This document shows, piece after piece, positions 1 through 12,757 of a stretch of 49,626 bases of DNA. Every line of letters begins with the position of its first letter. The stretch's first letter is position 1. The notes beneath the pieces were generated by a model. It did no database searches, was not told the origin of the DNA, and worked only from the letters and a program-made list of their open reading frames with translations. The stretch covers positions 4,722-54,347 of the forward strand of contig MQRK01231093.1 of NCBI GenBank assembly GCA_001938485.1. Direction: 5' to 3'. This DNA is from Girardia tigrina. Taxonomy: Eukaryota. The translations under genes and the position numbers were made by a program.

Positions 1-135
1 ATATATATATATATATATTTACATTTTTTCTTTTCATAGCATAAAATTGTGTTTTCTTGGAAGTATTTACACTAGAAATTTAAATTTTGATTTTACTTAA
101 ATTTTTAACTTAACTAAAAAATTCAATCAAAAATC

Positions 136-1669
136 ATGGCGGCAGTAATGAAGTTTGCGTTATCAAGTAAGCCGTTTTGAAAAATGCTACAGATTCATAT
201 GTAGATGATACTATTGTAGATTTGAATAAAGTTAATAGTTAAGAAGTGTTGAGGGTGCTTGGAGATTTTGGATTGCAAGCTAAACCGGCTGAGTCATTGT
301 GTGAAGGTCGGGATCTGGGATTGCGAGTTTTCAAAGAAAAGAGAGTGATAAAATGGAAACTGGATAATACCGTTTAGGAATTGCGCGACGAAATGACAAA
401 GAGGTAAGTGTTCTCATGGTGTGGGCAGGCGATTGGACATTTTCCTGTTGCCGGTTGGTTGAGACCAACATATAGTATAGTGAAGCGAATGGTCGGTGGA
501 GTTCTTATTGGACAGATTATTAAGTGAATATGGAATGTTGTTATCAATTTCGCTGGAAAAATCAAGTGAGAATAAAGTTGATATTCTGACCAGGGTTCCA
601 TCAAACTGGTTCAAACACACATAATGTATGATGTTAGCCAGTCCCGTGAAAGTGCCTACCATGAAAGAGGTGAAAGCCATTCATGCAATTCATCATGTTG
701 GGGTGAATATAACACTTCTTTCGGTTAAAAATATTTTTGGAACGGCAGTTGAGAGTTTAGTGACCAAGTTGGTAGCAGAGTGCACGCAGAGTTTGTCCAT
801 TGATCCAAGTGCCGTGCGATGACCTCGGGGTGAATTGGAAATAACCAGAACTTGGCAACGCCTAGCATGTGATATTACACATTTTGGTGGAGAGATTTTC
901 TTTACAAGCATTGATTGTGGACCGAGTCGTTTCGCAATCTGGAAACGAGTAGAAAAGGAAAGCGCAAATATCATTGCAGAATTATTGGTGGAAATATTTA
1001 GAGAGAGAGGACCCCCAGACGAGTTGTTATGTGATAACGGAAAAAGTTTCCGGTCACAGGCGGTACATGAATTGTGTAGAGAATGGAATGTATCGATGAT
1101 ATATTGATGTGCATATCGCCCGTCAGGAAACGATATCGTCGAGAGGAATCATCGTACTATTAAAAGGATGGCTGCGAGATCTGGAAGAGATGTGCTAGAG
1201 ATGGTGTATTATTATAACTTGACACCGAGCAAGGGACTGAGGAGCGATTCAGTTCCTAGTAATAGTGTTTTTTATGTATGAATGGTGGTTTCCGACGAAT
1301 GAACAACAAAACAAAACCCCTTTCGTACCTGGGGATAAAGTGTTTGTAAAACCGGCTGATGCACGGTGCACGTCTCGGTGGACAAGGGGGGTGGTATCTC
1401 GGGTCAACTCTGAGATGTCGGTTGATGAGGACGGGATTCCCAGAAACATGGCTGATTTGAGACGGATCCCAGTAGAAACAGATTTGAATACAACGAATGC
1501 AATCGAGAAGCGTGGAGATAGTCTTGATTTAGCGGATACTGAAATGCCGAGTGACGAGGAGATGATCGAGCCAGTTTCGAGGTTAGTAGAAGGCCGGCCA
1601 AGGAGAGCGCGTTGCGTCCCCGGATGGTTCAGTGACTTCGAAATGGATGATGATGACATCACGGGGGCG
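136..1669 (+). mobile_element. Decayed Ty3/gypsy LTR retrotransposon pol (RT C-terminal part, integrase, C-terminal tail)
   Basis: RT motif DSYVDD near 193-210; 'VFSWCGQAIGHFPVAGWLRP'; integrase zinc-binding 'IHAIHHVG...ECTQSLSIDP'; core 'WQRLACDITHF...IDCGPSRFAIW...RGPPDELLCDNGKSF...GNDIVERNHRTIKRMA'. Multiple stops and frameshifts. Confidence 0.9.
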
Positions 1670-1771
1670 TGTAATGAAGAAAATAATTGAATGTAAATGG
1701 ACGAAAAATTAAATATCATTGTTTTTCTGAAGTGGAACTACTGCGTAATTTAAAGTGCAATTGTCGATGAA

Positions 1772-1776
<5 letters not shown>
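1670..1776 (+). repeat. Start of 3' LTR of the gypsy element, truncated by (TA)n
   Basis: G-rich PPT-like 'acgggggcg' at 1661-1669 is followed directly by 'TGTAATG', right after the integrase tail. Confidence 0.55.
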
Positions 1777-1816
<40 letters not shown>

Positions 1817-2854
1817 TTATCTTTCGTTGGTCTTAATTATTTCTCAATTACAGGTACTTAATGGGTTAAAAAGCTCCTCTTTAAATATTGTTAGGATATT
1901 AAAACGCGATTGGAAAATTTTTTAATTCAGAATTAAATGTCGTTAGAAATTAAAGAGATTATTTATGAAGATGAAAAGAAATTAATAAAGAATAAAAATT
2001 ATCATAAAAGAATATCGAATAAAAATTAAAAATTCTACAAAATTTATTATCTAACAATAATATGGTTTTTTAAACATATTTAGGAGATTTTAGTGATTTT
2101 TTAATTTAACCGTATTTTTAAAATAAATAAATATATGATATTATATTAAAATATTGATAATAAAAAATTAAAACAAAAATCTTATTCTAACGTCTTATTT
2201 TAAAATCTTATTTCTAGATCTAATTTTACATAAATAAAATAAAATATCGATAATAAGAAATTCATATTTCTAACATCAAAATCTTATTTTACAATTTTAA
2301 AAAATGTCGAAAAAACAGTCGAAATTGTTAAAAAATCAACGAAGCTTGCAGTTTTCAAAGTAGTTTGAATATTTATTGTTTTGTGGTAGCAAATATATTT
2401 TTGGCATATAATGGTGTTATTTTCTCAAATGAGTGGTGCACCCACCGAAACTAACATATTATAAGAGAATATAAATAAATCTGCAAAAAATTTTATCAAT
2501 ACTCAAATATTATTGAAAAGTTTTATGATGAGAAATATACAAGTTTGAGGTTGATGGATGTTTGATTATTGAACTTTCCTATCAAGAAAGACAAGATTGG
2601 ACAAATTTTCTGGTGTTCTATTACAATATGTTCTATTCTAAATTTTTATTACAAAATATTTAAGTTATAACGTTGTCAACGTATTTCCGACGATTTTCTT
2701 TCGATTCATCGCGATCGCTTCGTCGATTTTAGAACCGGTTGCTGCTGTCGTCATCGGAATCGTCTCGTCGATCGCGTTATTTATTGTCTCGGTTTTTCTT
2801 TCGATCGTAGGAATCATCGCGGTATCCATTCAAAGACGGTTGTTTTTCACGCTT

Positions 2855-3809
2855 CAGGCGCGTACGCAGGGAGGATTAGGGATATTAATCCCCCCACCCT
2901 GAAAAGTTTGAATTACATAAGAATACGTTAAAATGTTTAACATTTTAAAATTTGAACTATGCAAAATAAATAATATTTTGCAAAATAAAAAAATTCCCCC
3001 GAAAAAAATGAATTACGATCCTATTTACATTAAAGTTTTTTAACTAAATAATAATAAGAATAAGTTAAAATCCTTAATTTTAAAACGTGAACTTCCAAAT
3101 AATCACTATTTTGAAAAATTAAAAATATTCTCCCCCCTTCCGAAAAAATTGAATCATGGTCTTGATAACATTTCAGTTTTTAACTGAATACTAATAAGAA
3201 TAAGTTAAAAACCTTAATTCTAAAAGGTTAACTATCCAAAATAATTAATATTTTGCGAAATTAAAACATAACTTTAAAGTTTTTAACTAACATTTAATAA
3301 AGATAAATTAAACTGTTTAAGTTTAAATGTGAACTATCCAAAATAACTATTATTTTGCAAATTTAAGAAAATTCGTCCCGAAAAATTTCAATTATGATCT
3401 TCATTACTTCATTGTTTTTTGCCTGGCTATAAATAAGATTAAGTTAAAATATTTGAGTTACAATTTGTGAACTCTCCAAAACAATTAATATTTTGAAAAT
3501 TTAAGAAAATCCCCCCCCCCGAAAAATTTTAATTATAATCTTAATTACCTAAAGTTTTGCAGAGTATAGAAATTTTTCATCCTGAAAACATAAAACATAT
3601 TGCAGGTAACGAAATCCTTCCTTCTATAGAAGCCAGTAATAAACAATGACCAAGTGATATGAGTTATATTAGGGGTATTTCGATGGTAATATAAATTTTA
3701 TTATTTTAATAACAATAAATTTAATTTTTTTAACTGTAAAAATAAAAACTCGAAAATGAAAGTAATTATTACAGAACATTACAGAAATATATTTCTGTGT
3801 ACGCGCCTG
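2855..3809. mobile_element. Non-autonomous hAT-type element (MITE) with internal ~120-bp degenerate tandem repeats
   Basis: TIRs CAGGCGCGTACGCAG / CTGTGTACGCGCCTG; 8-bp TSD tcacgctt (2847-2854) / tcacgttt (3810-3817); about five degenerate units (taagaataagttaaaa...gaact.tccaaa...cccgaaaaa) at ~2920-3560. Confidence 0.85.
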
Positions 3810-5585
3810 TCACGTTTTTTTTCGGAAATCGTTGCGATCACGATCGAATCGATTGTTCCGATTACACCGAATTCGTTTAATTTGTTTCTATTGTCGTTAT
3901 TATAACCGTTTCTATCATAATTGAAACCGTGATTTCTGTTTAATGGCGACTTAAATCAAATTCAAAAGACGAAGTATTGCGCTGAAAATATCTTTTTTTT
4001 AACTTGTTTAAACAAAAAACATTAATTCGAATTAAACAAAAAGTTCGATCGAAAAAATCTCTCGGCCAATCAGATAAGAATACGAATCGACATCACAATA
4101 ATCTGAGGCTCGAAATTTTAGAGATTTCTTTTAATTTTATTACTAGCAAAACAGTATTTGTGTTCCTTGTGTTATTTGTAAAATAAAATGGAAATTTAAT
4201 AGAGGACGAAATAAAATCTTTGAGACAAAATTTTAATAAAAGACCTTTATAATTTTAAAGATGATTATAAAATTAAAATTCGTAATTAATAAAATAAAAA
4301 TATCGGAATTTATATTTATTTTTATTTATAATGGTTTGTGTAATTAAAAAAGTGCTAAAGTTTCGCAAAAATATTTGTTTGAAAAATCGTTCATGTGATA
4401 GAAATAAAATTTTGTGTCCTGAACTTGAATTCTGATTTCGAACCCAATAACTATTAATTAGGAAGTGAATTTGAAGTACGTACATATACAAAAGCCTTAA
4501 AATGTTTGTTTAATTGAGATCCCCAAATACATCTAAACATTTTATCTGGAAAATAGAATTAGAGAAAGTTTACTTCAGTGAAACACGAAAGGCAAACACG
4601 CTTTTACCAAATTACTTCCATGTGTACAATGTTTATTAACACATGTAGATCAAAAAATAGTAAGGTACTAAGCGACAAAGAATTAAATTTAAGAGTCTGC
4701 AACGGACAAAGAATCTATAAATTTCTATGACAAATGACAGAAGCGAAAAGATCACAAAAATAATATAATCAACCATTTACTATCTCTACCAAATACAACA
4801 AGATTACCGGAAATCATCAAAATTAAATCCAAAGACAGAAAATAACTGAATTTTGATATATTTTTCGGTTTAAAACTAGAATTACTTTTTTGAAGTCACT
4901 CAAATAAGTGATGTTCGCGAAATACAACGATTATAGGAAGAACCTCAAATGGAAACTACAAATAACAAGAGATATGATATTGCAGATAGGTAAGGAAGAA
5001 AAGTGTTAGGTAAAATATAAGATGCGATAAAGAGCATTTTAATAAGAAGCTAATACTGGGAAAATCCCATAAGATATTTTTACAATAGTTAAATGAATAG
5101 GAATCAGTCCATTCGAGAGAGAAGAAATTATTACAATGAATTAAAATCAAATAAAATTAGTATCACGAAATTACAAAGATGATAGCAGTGATATCAGGAC
5201 TTCTAGTCAATTTTCTTTTACCCGTCCAACGGCAGCGAAAAAAATAAAATAAGGATCTGGAATCGGATCAAAGAAGATTTCTGATGAGATCAAATAGAAA
5301 GGAATTCCAATAGTTTCAGTAACAAAATCTAGAAAGAGGTGATGTGAGATTTTTAAATAATATTATTTTGAATATTATAAAATAAATTATTATTGTTGGA
5401 TTGGGCGTTAATTTATAAACTGCTACGCAATACATTACCATTTCAAATGAACATAAATGTATTATATTATTTTTATATTATATATTATATTTAAAATAAT
5501 AATTGTTTTAATTGAAAATATCGTAAATAGATTTTTGTTTAAATATATTACATCGTCATCCATTTAAAATTTAACATAATTAAAT

Positions 5586-5592
5586 ATGATGA
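5586..5592 (+). CDS. ACP5: Putative first coding micro-exon (ATG ATG A) of the ACP5-like gene
   Basis: Joins in frame to the next exon through a 45-nt GC..AG intron (5593-5637), giving MMKFCLLAFILL. The donor is non-canonical, so this is tentative. Confidence 0.4.
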
Positions 5593-5637
5593 GCTAAGAA
5601 TAATTACATTAAAATTCAATTAATATTATTTGTTTAG

Positions 5638-5703
5638 AATTTTGTCTGTTGGCATTTATACTTTTACCGAGTCTTAGTCGATGTTGGGGAGTGAAGGATA
5701 AAG
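5638..5703 (+). CDS. ACP5: ACP5-like purple acid phosphatase, signal-peptide exon
   Basis: Acceptor tgtttag, donor aag|gttatt; encodes FCLLAFILLPSLSRCWGVKDK (hydrophobic, signal-peptide-like); phase 1 end matches the exon at 7975. Confidence 0.75.
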
Positions 5704-6169
5704 GTTATTTATTATAATTATAAAAAATTATTACTACTGTATTAACATATAAATATTGATATATTAATTATTACGACTACTATTATTAATATTATCAATT
5801 TAAGTGCAAGTACGTTGTACTGGTTTAAAAAAAATTTATTATAGTCATCAATATATAAGATCTATATTGATAATTTGGTTTGATATTTTCAAAACGATTA
5901 TTTTTACAAGAATCATCAAACGATTTTATAAATTTTAAAATAATAATTTTTCAACGGATCTACTTTAGAGACTTGAAATTTTTATTCGAGTGGAAGTTTT
6001 ATCAAAAATTATATTAATTAAACTATATGTCTAGATTAAAAAACAGACGTAGGGTAAACCAAAATCTACTTAGGATCTTTTATTATTTTTTTGTGGTCAA
6101 CAACATTTACGTATGTGAAGAATAAACTTTTGAAGAAAGCAATAAGTAGTTCCCATCAGAAAAGAGATT

Positions 6170-6530
6170 CTAGTACCTTGAATGTCTTCCTCCGGCTTTG
6201 AGGACAGCTTCTCTTCTTCGTAGCATAGAGACAACAAGAGAGTCACAGTAACCAGGCCTTAATTTTTGGGACTATTCCTCAAGTATATCCTCCTTCAAAG
6301 TTGTCGCCGAAGTCGAGATTGCTTTTGCCCCTTCTGTTTTCAATTTTTCTCGACAACTTTCAATCGGGTTTAAATCCGGTGAAGAGCCAGGTCACGGAGA
6401 AAGAACATTGATGGAATTCTGTTGATGCCATGTCTGACAGAAGGATATCACAGTTGCGATTTCTGAGCCAACTAGGAACATTTTCCTTTATTATTTGCAA
6501 ATAATTACGGCTTAGATAAACAATAGATAA
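6170..6530 (-). mobile_element. Tc1 transposase C-terminal remnant (in ACP5 intron)
   Basis: Minus-strand translation 'P*PGSSPDLNPIESCREKLK...YCDSLVVSMLRRREAVLKAGGRHSRY*' matches the Tc1 SPDLNPIE...TKY* pattern. Confidence 0.85.
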
Positions 6531-6849
6531 CTGTACAAATATCATATATATTCATATAATTTACTCAATGCTCGTTTTAAAATAAAATCATTGTATATTT
6601 TTTGATGTTCCATAAATCATCATCGACAATTATAATTTGTTTAAAAAAACTTTTAAAAAAACCAAAAATAAAAATTTTAAATTAAGGTTTATTAAAATAT
6701 TTTTAAATTTTAAACAAATTTTTATTTCGTTAATAATGATTTTAAGTATTGAAAAGCCCTTATTTTCCATATTTTAAATGTTAATTAATAAATAGTTGTG
6801 TGTCTTATGAAATATGATTCACAGAACGAAATGTAGAATAGAAAACCCG

Positions 6850-7080
6850 TCCATTGAAACAGAAGAGACTCTATTTTTACAACGCACCCAGTAATCAAGA
6901 ACCTTATTCGTTCGATTAAGTTTGTAAATGCTCATTAATCCGGGCATTGATATGATGATTAGTCTCTCTAATGTATGTATACTCAAAAATGTAGCCAATA
7001 AATTGATAAACCAAATTAGGTAGCAATGGACACATTGTTTTCGATTTATTTGAAGGGCAGCTTTGCACTTTGGATGTCAC
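6850..7080 (-). mobile_element. Penelope-like GIY-YIG endonuclease remnant (in ACP5 intron)
   Basis: 'KVQSCPSNKSKTMCPLLPNLVYQFIGYIFEYTYIRETNHHINARINEHL' aligns by eye with 'KVQNMFSNKS..SDIVYQFTCNGCNATYIGETARH..RVQEH' of the Penelope copies at 17-19 kb. Confidence 0.75.
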
Positions 7081-7974
7081 TTATATCACTTTGATACTTC
7101 CTATATTTTTAACTACTCCTTATAAAATTTGATACAATTTGTAACATATATTAATAATAATGTTTATTTTAAATATATAACGGAGTCATATGAAAGCTAA
7201 GTTAATTTTGTTACTAACAAATGATCAGATATTATTGACAATAAGGTCTTGGCATATATGTACAAATAATATATAAATAATCACATAACTTTACAAAAAT
7301 GAAAACTGAACTTTGATCTTTACATGAAGAGATCGCAGGTCAAACTCAATTTTTTTTAAATTTTAATTACGTATTTAGTAATTAAAAATTTTAAGCGATA
7401 ATTAACATTCGCCTCATTTAACCGTTTGAGACTTTGCGAATTTACGTTTCAAATATTTCTGGAAATTTTATGAGATCAGTACTCACAAATAATTGTGGAA
7501 ATATTGTCTTGCTGGTGTCTTTAATTTGTCTTTAACAATAAATTATTATGTTATGGTTGTTATTTTGTATATTTTCCAATGACAGTGACTTATTCCTATA
7601 TCACACTTAGGGGAGTGAAGAATCTACAAAAATATTGTATCTCCTTGAAAAAACGGCGCCCTCGCATAAACTTCGCTCATAAAAGCCAAACATTTTAATA
7701 AACGACGCGCCGTTTATACGAAAGAATACGGTATTTATAAAATGTTAAAAATTAATCGAATCAATTTATATTTTTGACTAGAATATACAAAATTTTCACT
7801 CAAATATGTCTTAACATAAAAAGTGAAATAATAATTATAATACAATTTTATGAAATCTTTATATGTTATATATAAAATAATTTTTTAAAGTTTTTTTCCA
7901 TTTTATTTTAAATAATTCATTTTATTCTCTTAGATTTTTAGTCAGCCATTTAAAAATATTTTAACTTTTGTTAG

Positions 7975-8165
7975 AGTCCAAAACATTCTTCGTTATTGGT
8001 GACTGGGGAGGAGTGCCCACCCCGCCTTACGAAACCGACATTGAAAAAATGGTATCGAAAAAATTAGCAAATCTAGCCAATATTATGAAAATAGATTTCT
8101 TATTAGCTCTTGGGGATAACTTCTATTATGAAGGGGTTGAGAGTGAGTATGATTCAAGATTTCAG
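7975..8165 (+). CDS. ACP5: ACP5-like purple acid phosphatase exon (GDWG and GDNFY motifs)
   Basis: SKTFFVIGDWGGVP...DFLLALGDNFYYEGV...DSRFQ; ttag acceptor, cag|gtata donor. Confidence 0.95.
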
Positions 8166-9429
8166 GTATAAATTTATTATTTGTACAATGTCACATATTT
8201 GATATGTTTTAATCGTGTGAAGCTAGGTTTTAATAAGGTTTTATTGCTCTAAAATCAATCTCAAAGGACATTTTCAACCCACTCATTGATAATTTTTTGA
8301 TTAACAGGATTTCATTCCGTCGATTACTTAACCGCCAATTGATAATCATATAGGTTAATCAAAACTTAGTCAGTGACGATGAACCGTCAAAATATATGTA
8401 TTTTCTTTATTAAAAACATCAATATGATTTTTCAAACATTTATTAACATCACAAACAGAATTGTCATGACAACAATTATTCAAACTACTTTTTTCTTGAT
8501 TAATATATTTCTGAAATTCATCCTAATTTTTAAAATAAATGAAAAATATTTATTAATAGTAATTAATTATAAAGATTCTGATTGGTTAAAATTAAATTTA
8601 AACATTATTAAAAAGTAGTGATGAAATGAATATATTAAAATTTTAAATTACATTAAAAATTAAATATTTTATTCGAAAGTTTAAATATTTCATTTGAAAA
8701 ATATTTTAAATCTTCTTACTTTAAAATTAAATTAAATTATTTTCAATTAGTAGGAATCAAAGAACATACCTATTGATTCCGCAAACCGTATTTAAACATA
8801 TTAAAAACATAAAAATATTTAAACAACCACTTTCGTTTGTAAGGAGAGATTAAAATTGTATATACTATTTCAAAGTCATTAGTATAATTTTACAAACTGT
8901 TTTTTATTTTGAAATAAATTTATTAAAATTTATTTTTGAAAATATTTATTGATTTTTCGTTTTAAATATAAAATTTCATATTTAATTTTTTACTAATTGT
9001 ATAAATATTTTCGTTTGCTATTTATGATTTTTTTAAATAATAAAAAAAATATTATACACATTACAAAAGACAACCAATATTAACAGAGGGAGAAAGAATA
9101 TTATCTGTACGACTTTGTCGTCATGTTGATGAAATAAATGCTTAAGCATCTTGCTTTACATCAATACAAATTTTGAAGGAAAAAATTAGATTTCTTGATC
9201 ATTGATATGGAATCTTATCCTTCAAGTAATCAAGAAAATATGAATGGACAGTCATTGATAAAATAACATTCTTTATTATCGACAGTTATTATTAATTAGC
9301 CATTTTTAAATTTTGTTTTCAAATTTTCGATTTCGAATTCAATGCAAAAACCAAAACTCATTTCACCTTTTAAAAATTTTATTTTTATTTCAATTACAAA
9401 TTATTACAATTGATGCAGTAAAACAATAC

Positions 9430-10277
9430 CGAGAATAGACTGAAATTAGTTGAGGAAATGAAGGCTAAATTATTGGCTGACTCTCGAATGTCTATTAGAG
9501 ATTTATCTACGAAATTTGATTCGTCAAGACAGATGATTATGCACATCATCCACAACGACCTTGGATTTCACAGTGTCCACTGCAAGTGGATCCCACACAA
9601 CCTGACTGATGCGCACAAAGAAAGTAGAGTGAATTCTTGCGGAAAATTGTGGAGGCGATGAACAAAAGAAAGATTCAGAAAAACCTCGTCTTTACTGATG
9701 AGAAGTAATTTTATGCGCGTGAAATTGGGAACGCAGCTTCCAGGAAAGCTTCGATTCCCCCGGACGGAGATGTTCCTGAAATCACCAGGCAAATGCCCAT
9801 GGCAAAGAAGTGGATGGTTCTTTAGGCTGCAAACTTTGACTTTCTTCATTTTTTCCGCGTAATGCCTAACAACGGTGACGTCACAGGTGTACATAGCATT
9901 ACTACAAGACGCCTTCAATTCATTTCACACCCAGCAGCTGCGACAGACAAGAAAAGTCGACCAATAGGAAAATGCGACGCTGATTCATGAAAATGCGCCA
10001 GTCCATGTATCCAGGACAACTACCACCTTCCTGGAGACGAAACGTTGCCATCGTCTTGACCAACCCCCATATTCTCCTGACACTAACATTTGACCTCCTC
10101 ATATTCCCTCTCCTGGAAATGCGTCGCACAAATATCGTCTTCGTTGATTCTCATTCCTTGGAGACCTTCCTGGAAGATTCAAAGGAGAATATGAGTAGTG
10201 AGATCATGAGACAGGAGTTTGATAAACTGAAACACCACTGCCAGCTGATAATTCTGCATCAGGGTAATTTTGTGTAA
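9430..10277 (+). mobile_element. Decayed mariner-like transposase (in ACP5 intron)
   Basis: HTH 'DSRMSIRDLS...MHIIHNDLGF', 'KWIPHNLT' (WVPHEL-like), 'FTDEK*FY', 'LIHENAPVH', 'PPYSPD'; frameshifted. Confidence 0.85.
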
Positions 10278-10389
10278 TTATATTTTTGAATATCATTGGT
10301 GCAAAGTTATTTCTCTATTATCTGGATTTGTAAAAACGACATTTTTTAAAGGAAAATCTGTACAAACCTGGATTTAACAATTTTTGACC

Positions 10390-10670
10390 GAAAATTTGAA
10401 AATTACAATTTCTCAACAGGCAAGTTTTTTAACAATCTCTTTAAGTGTACTAACGTCGTTTTCCTCGACTATAATATCAATTCTAGCGAGTATTCATAAG
10501 TCAATAACAAACTTAGTGCATCTTCTCTTCGCAACAGTTGCATGGTGCCTACTAAAAATCGCAGATGCTGTTTTGTCGTTTAAGTTTAAACTCTCAATAG
10601 CATCCGACAACGGTCGGCCGTCAACGCACATCATTTCGATCATAAAACTTTTGATATTCAAATTAATAAT
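10390..10670 (-). mobile_element. IS630/Tc1-like transposase N-terminal HTH remnant
   Basis: Minus frame 'MIEMMCVDGRPLSDAIESLNLNDKTASAIFSR...IDIIVEENDVSTLKEIVKKL' resembles the bipartite HTH of IS630-Tc1 transposases; contains stops. Confidence 0.45.
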
Positions 10671-11248
10671 TTGTCACCTCGTTGGTTAGTCGCCGGTGTG
10701 CCATTTTTCTCGGTATTTTCAAGGAAATCGATGATTCCAACTATTTTTGGAGTACCAGCGTCTCCAGCAATCATGTAAAAAAGGATAATGTGAAATCTAT
10801 CAGAATAAGTAAAATTAAAATTTCATAATTAAAAACTATTGAAAAAGATACTTTTGAAACATGAAATGATCTTGGTATATTTTATAAATATATATCTTGT
10901 TTTAACACGAAAATTCCTTGAAGTCATGTGGTCAGTTGTCAGCTTTTTGAATATTAGGACAAATTGAACGATTTAAAAACTTTTACCTTTTTAGTTTCTT
11001 CAGTTAAATCTTTTTTTAAGTCTCGCATAAAACTTTTGAAAATGTCGAGATGATACTCTATATTAGTTGTGATTTTGCTCAAAAGGTCGAGTTCTCAGAG
11101 GCAGCAGAATCAAGTAGTATATTCATTCAATATATCTTTTAAAAGACCTTTGTCTGTTTTAACATTAGTAAAATGAGAGTATCTTACCATTCAACTTAAT
11201 TGAAAAGATTTGAGTATGATAAATGTTTTTTTAATAATATCCTTTTAG

Positions 11249-11373
11249 ACAACTTTTGAGAATGTTTTCAACGCAAACGATTTATATTTCCCCTGGTACG
11301 TAATCGCTGGTAATCACGATTGGAGGGGAAATGTTTCTGCTCAAATTGCATATTCCAAACATTCAAATAGATG
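11249..11373 (+). CDS. ACP5: ACP5-like exon (GNHD motif)
   Basis: [42 protein letters not shown]; canonical AG/GT; phases 0/2 fit the neighbouring exons. Confidence 0.95.
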
Positions 11374-11401
11374 GTAATTTTCTATTCTTTTAATTAGCTT
11401 A

Positions 11402-11432
<31 letters not shown>

Positions 11433-12137
11433 CGCGTTTGTATCCATAGAATTTAGAAACCTATTTTTGAAGGTCTTTTACTCATTTAAATAATTGTAAT
11501 ATGTGATAATAAAGAAAATTATACATTTTTTTGTAATTTTATTTATACGTATAATATTTAGTTTTTATTATTATTTTATATATATTTGTTAAATTGAATT
11601 TTTATTATCAAAATAAATATTAAATTATTTTTTGTGAATATTTGTGTTTTATTTAAATAATTTTTTAATTAAAACTTTGTTGGCAAAGTAGAGTTCTGAA
11701 TGTATAAAGAAAGGATATTAAAAATTCAATTTTTTGATTTCCTAGTTTGTAGATAGTATTAACAAATTATTTCTATTTAGTATTTTCTATATTCATGTAA
11801 CAACGAAATACAACCTATCATTTCAAAAAATTTATAATTCCTTATTTTGTGTAAAAAATGAGTTGAAAGAATCCTTTAAATTTACCAAAACTTTTACTTT
11901 AAATATGCTAGAATTTAAAAGAATTTTGAACCTTTCCAAATATTTTGATTAAGAAAAATGAGATGTATCAGTCAATGATTAAAAATTTTCATTTTAAAAT
12001 AATAATAAAAATAAGTATTTAATACAATTTAATAAAATATGGTAAACTCTGGCACATCCATACAGCTACAAAGTCTAAAGTAAAATATATTTGACTGTTT
12101 CTAATAAAAGTAATTAAGCATTATTTATTTAACTCAC

Positions 12138-12757
12138 AATAATATTATTAATAAAAAATTTTTTTTATAAAAACAACCACGTTTTTCAAGCATTACCAAT
12201 GCACTAAAAAGAGGAAAATAATTTTTTTCTAGACATGTGAGAAATTTTATACCTAACCAAAAACGTGGGGCGGATTTCTGAATTACTGCTTTTTCTCTTT
12301 ACTGCTTTGTAGTAACAATCGATCATTTCTATGCCCCACGTTTTTGGTTAGGTATAAAATTTCTCAAATGTCTAGAAAAAAATTATTTTCCTCTTTTTAG
12401 TGCATTGGTAATGCTTGAAAAATGTGGTTGTTTTTATAAAAATTTTTTTTTATTAATAATATTATTTAACTATTTTTAGTTATCATNNNNNNNNNNNNNN
12501 NNNNNNNNNNNNNNNNNNNNNNNNNNNNNNNNNNNNTGTATAAATTTGTAGATAATCGTAAGTGGTTTTTTGCAAAAAAAATTAGAAAAAATTATTTTTT
12601 TTTCAAAATTTTTTTTATAATATTGTATTGTCATCGGAAGCAAGCCTGTATAAAACATTCAGCTCAATTGGATGACTGAAAGTGGTCGAAAAATCAATCG
12701 CAAGATTTGTTCCAGACAAACAGACAAGAAAGCAAGCTAATAAAAACGTGGTAAAAA
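12138..12757 (-). mobile_element. Non-autonomous interspersed repeat with ~134-bp terminal fold-back (possibly Helentron/DINE-1-like)
   Basis: Near-perfect inverted arms 12138-12271 and 12333-12466 (61-nt spacer); 12620-12757 is the reverse complement of 30830-30960; one arm recurs at 31453-31569. Confidence 0.75.

Noticed and set aside
2920-3560. Regularly spaced repeats superficially like a CRISPR array
   Set aside because: Whole ~120-bp units are degenerate copies with no unique spacers; they lie inside a eukaryotic hAT MITE and there are no cas genes.
5281-5310. CTGATGA...GAAA followed by palindromic ggaattcc (hammerhead-like)
   Set aside because: No helix II pairing and no UH triplet after the palindrome.
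9696-9725. CTGATGA...GAAA in the mariner remnant
   Set aside because: Explained as the coding motif T-D-E-K; no helices form.
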